Below, piece by piece: positions 56,641-64,000 of a stretch of 64,000 nucleotides of DNA (position 1 is the first letter of the stretch; the number at the start of each line of letters is the position of its first letter). Source of the stretch: a virus. The stretch spans positions 1-64,000 of the IMG/VR virus record IMGVR_UViG_3300025151_000017. One strand, 5' to 3'. A program made the position numbers and the translations under genes. The notes under the pieces are model-generated. The model was not told the origin of the DNA, ran no database searches, and was given only the letters and a program-made list of their open reading frames with translations.

Positions 56641-58029
56641 ATGCGTATTGAAGAAACTATACTTTCCAATCTATTTCAAAATGATGAGTTTACTCGTAAA
56701 GCAATCCCCTTTATTAAAGGTGAGTATTTTTCTGAGCGAGGTGAACGAATTATATTTGAAGAGTTTGAAAAACTTTTCATGCAATATAATAATGTTCCTA
56801 GTCCTGAGATGATTGCTAATGAAGTCTTTGCTCGTAAAGATTTATTTGAAGACGAACATAAAAACATGCAAGAGATGCTTGAGGATATAAAAGATATCCA
56901 GGCAGTAAATGAAAACTGGTTGTATGATAAAGCTGAAGAGTGGTGTAAAGAACGAGCAGTACATAATACTATTATGGACTCTATCAAGATTATTGATGGT
57001 AGAGATAAAAATCGTGACAAGGGTGCGATTCCTAAAATGATGCAGGATGCTCTTGGTGTATGTTTTGATAATAGTGTTGGTCATGATTATCTTGAAGATT
57101 CTGATGACAGGTATGAATACTATCACAAGGTTGAAGAAAAGATTAAGTTTGATATTGATTTATTGAATACCATTACTCGTGGTGGCTTGAGTAAAAAAAC
57201 TCTTAACATAGCTATGGCTGGTACAGGTGTTGGTAAATCTTTGTTTATGTGTCATCATGCTTCATCAGTTTTGGCTGAAGGTATGAATGTTCTTTATATT
57301 ACTATGGAGATGGCTGAAGAAAAAATCTCTGAAAGGATTGATGCTAACTTATTGAACTTGGGTATGGACGAAATTAAAGTTGTCGACCATGATATCTTTA
57401 GTAAAAGAATTAACAAAATTAAAGACCATAATAATGGTAAGCTAATTGTAAAAGAGTATCCGACAGGTGGTGCCCATGCTGGGCACTTCCGTGCTTTACT
57501 TGAAGAACTAAAAGTAAAAAAAGGATTTACACCTGATATTATTTTTATTGATTATCTAAACATCTGTGCTTCTCAAAGATTGAGGATGGGTGCAAATGTG
57601 AATACATATTCATATATTAAATCTATTGCTGAAGAACTAAGAGGATTGGCAGTTGAATATAACTGTCCTATCGTATCAGCAACTCAAACTACCAGAGGTG
57701 GATATAATAATACTGATGTCGGACTTGAAGATACTTCTGAAAGTTTTGGTTTACCAGCAACTGCTGATTTAATGTTTGCGATTATTGCTAGTGAAGAACT
57801 AGATAACATGGGACAGTGGATGATTAAGCAGTTGAAAAACAGATACTCCGATCCAAACTATTACAAAAGGTTTGTAGTTGGTGTTGATAAAAACAAGATG
57901 AGACTGTATAATGTAGAAGCATCTGCTCAGACTAATATCATGGACTCTGGTCAGGATAATGATATCGGAGCAGTGTTTGATAAAAGTGAAGCAGGTGAAC
58001 GATTAAATATGGAAGGGTTTAAGGTATGA
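56641..58029 (+). CDS. gp41: Replicative helicase gp41
   Basis: AGTGVGKS, IDYLNIC, SATQTTR and SESFGLPATAD. Confidence 0.95.
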   Translation: MRIEETILSNLFQNDEFTRKAIPFIKGEYFSERGERIIFEEFEKLFMQYNNVPSPEMIANEVFARKDLFEDEHKNMQEMLEDIKDIQAVNENWLYDKAEEWCKERAVHNTIMDSIKIIDGRDKNRDKGAIPKMMQDALGVCFDNSVGHDYLEDSDDRYEYYHKVEEKIKFDIDLLNTITRGGLSKKTLNIAMAGTGVGKSLFMCHHASSVLAEGMNVLYITMEMAEEKISERIDANLLNLGMDEIKVVDHDIFSKRINKIKDHNNGKLIVKEYPTGGAHAGHFRALLEELKVKKGFTPDIIFIDYLNICASQRLRMGANVNTYSYIKSIAEELRGLAVEYNCPIVSATQTTRGGYNNTDVGLEDTSESFGLPATADLMFAIIASEELDNMGQWMIKQLKNRYSDPNYYKRFVVGVDKNKMRLYNVEASAQTNIMDSGQDNDIGAVFDKSEAGERLNMEGFKV

Positions 58030-59327
58030 CAAAAATAATAACTGCACCTAAAAAATTCGACTGTGAAGATAAACTTGGTTTTTTTGGTGATGAAAAAGAT
58101 TACGAATTACTAGTTGATTGGGATTGTGATTTTTATGCTCCTACACCTATGGGTGAAGAAAACAGTGAAGCTAACATTATCTTCAAGTTTCGTAAAAATT
58201 GGTTTACTCAAGAACAACAAGACGAAGCATATGCAGGTTTGCGTGAAGCAGCAGGTGCCACAGAGAATCGTGGTCTGGCAGCAGGTACTGAAAAAACAGT
58301 TGCTCTAGGAAGTAGAGATTGGGTCACTAATTATCATAATGCTTTACTACAATACTTTATGTCTCCATCAGCTACACTTGATGGCTCGGATCCTGTAGAA
58401 GCTATACGACAAGAATATAAAGGCAGGGAAAAGATTGCTGATGACAGTCGTGGTAAAGTATGGTTGGCACAAAAAGTTGCTGAAGAAGATTTCGTATTTG
58501 AAAACTGGGTTGAAGAAGTAAGAGTATTGCCACGAGATGAAATGATTGCTGAAGCAACAAGAGTAAATGATAAACTAACATCTACAACTTCTTATGCTAA
58601 CTCAGTGTTCTCTGGTATCGCAGGATACTTTGATAGATATCCTCGTATTCCTTTTGGTCGTCCTACCACTTATACTAGGGATAATTATGATAAGTTTGAG
58701 AGAGCATTCCCTTTCCTACAAAGATTATCAAATGGTTTTGAAGAACTGTTGCCTGTAAGACATGGTAAACAGATGGATGCTTGTAATAAACTAGATCCTA
58801 AATTTGTTATTCCTGGCACTGTTTTTACTACTGCTACTGTGAATAAAACTTTTAGAACAGCTTATCACAGAGATGCTGGTGATTTAAATGAAGGATTCTC
58901 TAATCTTACAGTCGTATCTAATAATGGTAAATACTCAGGTGGGTATCTAATACTTCCTGAATATAAAGTGGCTGTGAATATCCGTCCTGGAGATTTGCTA
59001 TTGATTAACAATCACGATGGTATTCATGGTAATACACCAATGGTACTAGAAGATGAAGAAGCTGAAAGAATATCTTTTGTATGTTATTTCAGAGAAAAAA
59101 TGTTAGAACTTGGCTCTTGGGATTACGAACAAACTAGAGAAGAATATGTCACTGCTCGTAGAACTAATAAAGAACACCCTTTACAAAGACCACTATGGAA
59201 TGGTATTAGTCCTGGCATGTGGGATGAAAAAGAGTGGTATGATTTTCTTGAAAACAAATTAGGAACTGATGTATTGGTACAGTATCATCCTGACAGTCAA
59301 GCCAGTTCCCTGGAGAGTTTCTTTTAA
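58026..59327 (+). CDS. TET/JBP-family 2OG-Fe(II) dioxygenase (5-methylpyrimidine dioxygenase)
   Basis: TAYHRDAGD (HxD), GGYLILPEY..AVNIRPGDLLL, HGNTPM (distal His) and ERISFVCYFREKM (2OG Arg). Confidence 0.85.
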   Translation: MTKIITAPKKFDCEDKLGFFGDEKDYELLVDWDCDFYAPTPMGEENSEANIIFKFRKNWFTQEQQDEAYAGLREAAGATENRGLAAGTEKTVALGSRDWVTNYHNALLQYFMSPSATLDGSDPVEAIRQEYKGREKIADDSRGKVWLAQKVAEEDFVFENWVEEVRVLPRDEMIAEATRVNDKLTSTTSYANSVFSGIAGYFDRYPRIPFGRPTTYTRDNYDKFERAFPFLQRLSNGFEELLPVRHGKQMDACNKLDPKFVIPGTVFTTATVNKTFRTAYHRDAGDLNEGFSNLTVVSNNGKYSGGYLILPEYKVAVNIRPGDLLLINNHDGIHGNTPMVLEDEEAERISFVCYFREKMLELGSWDYEQTREEYVTARRTNKEHPLQRPLWNGISPGMWDEKEWYDFLENKLGTDVLVQYHPDSQASSLESFF

Positions 59328-60058
59328 TGGATTATAGATTATTTAAAAATACTTATGTTCGTGAGATAGATGGTAAAGCATTACAAGTCGATAAAGATAT
59401 GGTAAATGACTGTCTAGCTCATTACTCACAGTTTGACGATCTTGAGGATGCCATAGTTATGGACTGGGGTGCCAACATTGGTGGCTTCGGAAGAATGTTA
59501 ATGGACAAACCAATAAAAAGATATATTGGTGTAGAGTGTCATCCTGAAAACTTTGAGGTGATGGAAAAGAATCTAGGGGACGACCTGAGATTTGCTTTAA
59601 TAGAAGCAGCAGTGACTAATCAAGATGCTGGTAATATAGATTTATATATGACAGGCAGTAAACAAGAGTTCTGTTCAGGCACAACTAATCCTAAAAGTAA
59701 TGCTGCGAAAAATATGAGAAAAAAGAAAGTTTCTGTGGCAACTGTAAATGGGTATAGATTACTTGAAAAATATAAACCTACACATTTAAAATGCGATATC
59801 GAAGGAGAAGAATATCGTATGTTCGACCCAGACTGGCTCATACCTGATTCTGTAAAACAATTATCATTAGAGTTTCATTGGGCAGATAGAATACTGTCAG
59901 ACTATGAAAGTACAGTTAGAGAGTCTCTCATCAGGCAAGGATTTACACCTGTACAAGAAAAACTTAATTATGTCAAAGGGGATAAAAGAGTTATGTTCTT
60001 AGGTGAAGATATTTCTTACCGAAATGTATGGGGATTGGATACACTGTACAAACGATGA
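59327..60058 (+). CDS. FkbM-family SAM-dependent methyltransferase
   Basis: MDWGANIGGF motif I, VECHPENF, LKCDIEGEEY and LEFH. Confidence 0.85.
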   Translation: MDYRLFKNTYVREIDGKALQVDKDMVNDCLAHYSQFDDLEDAIVMDWGANIGGFGRMLMDKPIKRYIGVECHPENFEVMEKNLGDDLRFALIEAAVTNQDAGNIDLYMTGSKQEFCSGTTNPKSNAAKNMRKKKVSVATVNGYRLLEKYKPTHLKCDIEGEEYRMFDPDWLIPDSVKQLSLEFHWADRILSDYESTVRESLIRQGFTPVQEKLNYVKGDKRVMFLGEDISYRNVWGLDTLYKR

Positions 60059-61200
60059 AATATCTACACCCAGATAATATAGATAAACCTTACAAAGATT
60101 GGAGACTCCCTGAGAACAGGGTACAGATGTGTCTTCGGTCATATGCTTGGCGAATGAAACATCGTGATGTTGACCATTACACTTATAATGAAGCATACAT
60201 GACACGAGGTGCTATGACTGATGAGCAGAGGATTTATTTTTCCATGCTGTTTGGTATCACATACCAATCATCAATGGCTTGGGTTATCTGGTCACACTTT
60301 CCTGATATAGAAAAAATAAACTGGGAATATCTAGAAGAATGGAATAATGAAAATTATGCCAGACAACATTTTGCTAAAGACACAAAATATAACAAGGGAA
60401 AGTTTATCCCTATCCTAAAAGATATTCACGAAAAAGTCTTACAACAATATGGCTCTCTTAGAGCATGGTTAGATACCTTTCAAGATTTCGACCATGCCTT
60501 AGAAGAGGTTATGTCAATTTATAGAATAGGTCGTATGTCTGGTTGGTTGACAACTCAAGCATTTTATGAGTTATGTGATGGGATGCGTCATATAAAACCA
60601 GAGAGTATGTTAGCGACAGATCCTTCTAATTGGTCAGTAAGATCTGGACTGGTTTACATTTATAATAAACCAGAACTGATGGACTTAGATAGCAAAACCA
60701 AGTACAGCAGTGATGATATAAAATGGATTGAAAGAAAAGAACAAGAATTTATAGAGAGTTGTAATGAGCATGTGAGTGATTATTTTAATAGTCCATTTAC
60801 AATGGAAACCCACCTATGTCAATATAAGAAAATGATTAAGACTGGTGGCGATGCTCCTGGGACTCCAACTCAAGATGCTTACACTCGTTGGTACAAATTA
60901 AAACAGGCATGGTCAGAGTTAGATTGGGATTTTTTTGAAGATGTATCAAAGCATGCTGCACCTTGTGTACAGAAAACATTTCAGAATAAGATCCTAATGA
61001 AAACAGGTGCCATGACAGGTCAAATGATTAACATGCATGACGATAATGATGACTTGCCTAATATGTACAAAGAGTTTGGTATAGAACAATCATGGCTTAC
61101 TGACTTTGATGATTATACCAGACTAGAAATAAAGAATAATTTTAATAATTACTTGACAAAGATGTCAGGAGAAAAAGTCGGTCTAGAGGTTTACTTTTAA
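60055..61200 (+). CDS. aGPT-Pplase / amino acid:DNA transferase family protein (HhH-glycosylase-like fold)
   Basis: F..DTKYNKG, IYRIGRMSGWL (HhH-like), SVRSGL and FTMETHLCQYKK; ATGA-coupled start at 60055. Confidence 0.7.
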   Translation: MKYLHPDNIDKPYKDWRLPENRVQMCLRSYAWRMKHRDVDHYTYNEAYMTRGAMTDEQRIYFSMLFGITYQSSMAWVIWSHFPDIEKINWEYLEEWNNENYARQHFAKDTKYNKGKFIPILKDIHEKVLQQYGSLRAWLDTFQDFDHALEEVMSIYRIGRMSGWLTTQAFYELCDGMRHIKPESMLATDPSNWSVRSGLVYIYNKPELMDLDSKTKYSSDDIKWIERKEQEFIESCNEHVSDYFNSPFTMETHLCQYKKMIKTGGDAPGTPTQDAYTRWYKLKQAWSELDWDFFEDVSKHAAPCVQKTFQNKILMKTGAMTGQMINMHDDNDDLPNMYKEFGIEQSWLTDFDDYTRLEIKNNFNNYLTKMSGEKVGLEVYF

Positions 61201-61218
61201 GAAATTCTAATATAGAAT
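61190..61218 (+). promoter_or_regulatory. Early/middle promoter for the inositol synthase sub-operon
   Basis: TTTACT-N17-TAGAAT. Confidence 0.75.
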
Positions 61219-61298
61219 TCTTATATATATGTTGATAGTGTGCTACTCTGATCCAGTCAAATATCACACTCTAATAAACTGATATAAAGGAGAAATAT

Positions 61299-62582
61299 AT
61301 GTCAAAAATAAATGTCGCCATTATTGGTGTCGGTAATTGTGCCAAGTCTTTAGTAGAGGGTGTACAATACTATATTCAAAATCCCGAAGATAAAGTTGGT
61401 TTAATGTATCCAGATATTGGAGGATACACTGTAAATGATATCGAGTTCGTTTGTGGCTTCGATATTGACCCACGAAAAGTCGGAACTCACTTAATTAATG
61501 CATTACGATCCAGACCTAACTGTGCTATGGACCATGTCGACTCGCTAGATTTTACTTGTGTAAATTCTCTAGCAGAAGTTTATTCAGGTCCAGTACTAGA
61601 TGGTGTTGCTGACCACATGCTTGATTATCCAGAAGAAATATCATTTAGAACAGGTGCAGATACTGCCCTATCTAAAAAACAAGTTGCTGAAAAACTTAAC
61701 TTTCATAAAGTAGATGTGGTAATTAATTATTTACCAGTTGGTTCTGAGAAAGCTACAGAGTTCTATATGGCAGCATGTCTAGAAGCTGGTTGTCATTTCG
61801 TAAACTGTATTCCTACATTAATCGAAACTAACAAATCTAAATTAGTAGAGCAATCATTTATTGATAAAGGACTTACTATTGTTGGTTCTGATATGAGATC
61901 TGCTTGGGGTGCTTCTAGATTATCTGAGGTATTACAAGGAGCAATGATAGACTCTGGTTTACAAGTGACGCAACATATTCAAATGAATATGGCAGCAGGG
62001 TCTACACAAGGTCAAGAAAATATTCGTACAGGTAGAACAGCAAATACTGACTTCTTAAATATGGCTTACAAAGAAAGATTACATAGTAAGCATGTATCTA
62101 AGGAGAATGTTTTGAAAGGTCAAAATGTTGTTAGGGAAGAACCAACAGCTGGTATGACTTTATATGCTGGACCAAGTCTTACAGTATTTCAAAAACCAGG
62201 AGGGGATTATGTTGGCTCCGATAATAAAATTGCCAACCTAGATATTGTTGCTTATGGTTTTGGTGGGGCAAGGTATGAAATGTCAGCTAGACTTTCAGTA
62301 CAAGATTCGCCAAACTCAGGAGGAGTGGTGGTATCGGCTATTCGTTTCTGTAAGGTTGCTTCTGAGATGGGTATAGTTGGTTTCCTAAGAGGTCCAAGTG
62401 CTTGGACACAAAAGACACCTCCTGTACAATTAAAAACTGAGGATGCTAAGTTTGAATGTGACGCACTTGCTCGCAGAGAACTTACTAAAATGACAGAGCC
62501 ACAGTTAAAGAAAAATAATCCTAAAGCATTAGACTTGCCTTATACATATCAAGCTGGTCATACTGATTATGAAAACAATTAA
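61299..62582 (+). CDS. ino1: myo-inositol-1-phosphate synthase
   Basis: VAIIGVGNCAKSLVEG, NYLPVGSE, FVNCIP, NTDFLNM, SKxxSK and DSPNSGGV. Confidence 0.9.
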   Translation: MSKINVAIIGVGNCAKSLVEGVQYYIQNPEDKVGLMYPDIGGYTVNDIEFVCGFDIDPRKVGTHLINALRSRPNCAMDHVDSLDFTCVNSLAEVYSGPVLDGVADHMLDYPEEISFRTGADTALSKKQVAEKLNFHKVDVVINYLPVGSEKATEFYMAACLEAGCHFVNCIPTLIETNKSKLVEQSFIDKGLTIVGSDMRSAWGASRLSEVLQGAMIDSGLQVTQHIQMNMAAGSTQGQENIRTGRTANTDFLNMAYKERLHSKHVSKENVLKGQNVVREEPTAGMTLYAGPSLTVFQKPGGDYVGSDNKIANLDIVAYGFGGARYEMSARLSVQDSPNSGGVVVSAIRFCKVASEMGIVGFLRGPSAWTQKTPPVQLKTEDAKFECDALARRELTKMTEPQLKKNNPKALDLPYTYQAGHTDYENN

Positions 62583-62958
62583 CACATTTGATATCGATGG
62601 TGTCATCTTTATGGGTGATTACAATGGAGTGTATCCGAGTAAGGATGACATCATCATCACAGGTAGATCTATTGAAGAGTGGGATGAAACTTCTGCTATG
62701 CTAAAATCAAAAGGTATAGACAACGAAGTGTTTATGAACCCAACAAACTTTGCTCAAAAAACTAGGGAAGGATCTGGGGTACATAAAGCAACCATAATTA
62801 AATGGCTTGAACAAGATAGAGGAGTAAAAGTTGGAATACATTTTGAAGACGATCCTATACAAATCAGAGAAATATCTAAAAGATGTCCTGAGGTAAAAAT
62901 TGTTCATCTTGTACATACATTGGTAGAAAAAGAAAATAAAAGGAGACCATTCAAATGA
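62569..62958 (+). CDS. Capless HAD-superfamily phosphatase
   Basis: FDIDGV (motif I), ITGRS (II), K (III) and FEDD (IV). Confidence 0.85.
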   Translation: MKTINTFDIDGVIFMGDYNGVYPSKDDIIITGRSIEEWDETSAMLKSKGIDNEVFMNPTNFAQKTREGSGVHKATIIKWLEQDRGVKVGIHFEDDPIQIREISKRCPEVKIVHLVHTLVEKENKRRPFK

Positions 62959-63527
62959 TTATTGCGATAGGTGGAGAACCAGCTACTGGTAAATCTACAT
63001 TAATGAAACAGTGGATGAAACCATATAAGTGGGAAGATGTAAAACTTACTGACTTGCTATATGGTATGTGGTGTAAAGACCTGAATACGATTGTTCTCGG
63101 AAAAGATTATTTCGATGAGAGCCAGATGTTTTCAGGTACTGATAGACTATCAATGGCAGTACAACCCAAAGCAATAGAGTGGATGAGGGACTCATACAAG
63201 CCATCTGGAGTGAATATAGTGTTTGAGGGAGATAGGTTATTTACTGCTTCTTTCCTATCTGAGATCGTCGCTATGGGGCACGATTTAGAGTGTATTTACA
63301 TAAAAGCAGACCAAAGTATCCTAGATGAAAGACATGTCTCTAGGAAGGATAATCAGGACGACAAGTTCCTAAATTCAAGGAAAACGAAGCTATCTAACAT
63401 ATTATCTAACTTTGAACTCATGCCTTTTATTACCGAGTTCCCTAATAATAATGAAGATGACCAGCTGTTATTGGTCAACCATCTTCTAGGAAAGTTAGAT
63501 ATTGGCACGATAGTTTTCGAAAACTAA
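62955..63527 (+). CDS. P-loop kinase of the type associated with phage DNA hypermodification (5hmU-DNA kinase-like)
   Basis: GGEPATGKST, FSGTDRLSMAVQP, FEGDRL and lid R...R. Confidence 0.7.
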   Translation: MIIAIGGEPATGKSTLMKQWMKPYKWEDVKLTDLLYGMWCKDLNTIVLGKDYFDESQMFSGTDRLSMAVQPKAIEWMRDSYKPSGVNIVFEGDRLFTASFLSEIVAMGHDLECIYIKADQSILDERHVSRKDNQDDKFLNSRKTKLSNILSNFELMPFITEFPNNNEDDQLLLVNHLLGKLDIGTIVFEN

Positions 63528-63536
63528 ATATCGTTG

Positions 63537-64000
63537 ATGGCAAAGTGGTATCGAGATAAGGCAATTATCAATGTGCGTGGTGGAGACGCAGAGACAAGGA
63601 AACTTGTCCGATCCATTGCCCACTGGGTATCACGAAAAACCATGGATGTTCGACTCCGAACATCTGTCACTGTAAATATAGTAATACAAAAAAACTTATA
63701 TCTTAAGGAAAAAGTCCAAGGATTATCTTGGATTGATGATGAGGAATATAAACCTCGTAAATTTAAGATACAGGTTGAAGAACAATCTAGATTACGACCC
63801 ATGCTAGAAACTATCGCTCACGAAATGATACATATCAAGCAGTGGGCATCTGGTGAAATGTACGAATATTCAGATGGGTTTCGTACACGATATCAGAAGA
63901 AAGCATTTAACACCAAGAAGATGGATTACTGGGATGCTCCTTGGGAGATAGAAGCACATGGTAAAGAAGTCGGTATGTTTGTTAGATGGGCAGAAGAGGA
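63537..64000 (+). CDS. HExxH zinc metallopeptidase-like protein, 3'-truncated by the window edge
   Basis: Hand translation MAKWYRDK...ETIAHEMIHIKQW...YWDAPWEIEAH; late promoter at 63524; not in the ORF track. Confidence 0.7.
   Translation, partial: MAKWYRDKAIINVRGGDAETRKLVRSIAHWVSRKTMDVRLRTSVTVNIVIQKNLYLKEKVQGLSWIDDEEYKPRKFKIQVEEQSRLRPMLETIAHEMIHIKQWASGEMYEYSDGFRTRYQKKAFNTKKMDYWDAPWEIEAHGKEVGMFVRWAEE

Noticed and set aside
20633-58029. Introns, inteins or homing endonucleases in gp17, gp20, gp23, gp43 and gp41
   Set aside because: All are uninterrupted and of normal length; no HNH, GIY-YIG or LAGLIDADG motif was recognised
1607-63802. The many short minus-strand and out-of-frame ORFs in the track
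   Set aside because: They overlap well-supported + strand genes and reflect codon bias; no recognisable motifs
1-64000. Alternative genetic code or stop-codon reassignment
   Set aside because: Core genes are full length in the standard code, and TAA, TAG and TGA all act as stops

Overview
64 kb segment of an AT-rich T4-like myophage, probably aquatic or marine. Its gene content resembles pelagiphage/methylophage/cyanophage-type T4-likes, and a proteobacterial host is suggested by RpoH- and IHF-type sites. Almost all real genes are on the + strand. Order: tail/baseplate/fibre genes (1-17 kb); neck, terminase, tail and head module gp13-gp23 (17-30.4 kb); a glutamine (glnA-type) riboswitch with a DUF4278-like YRG peptide and several micro-ORFs; gp3, uvsY, uvsW, iscA, gp55, gp47, gp46 and def; an accessory island bounded by two ~100-bp promoter repeats (VWA/CobT-like, PvuII-like nuclease, ligase-Ia domain, sulfotransferase, glycosyltransferase, then CobS-like AAA); tRNA-Arg(TCT); gp45, gp44, gp62, regA, hsp20 (RpoH promoter plus ROSE-like thermometer), gp43, uvsX and gp41. 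The most notable feature is a six-gene cluster directly behind the helicase (58.0-63.5 kb): TET/JBP dioxygenase, FkbM methyltransferase, aGPT-Pplase/amino acid:DNA transferase, myo-inositol-1-phosphate synthase, HAD phosphatase and P-loop kinase. It reads as a candidate pathway for attaching inositol (or a related cyclitol) to DNA bases, and two of its enzymes end in sliding-clamp-type C-terminal motifs. All assignments come from motif recognition by eye; no searches were run.
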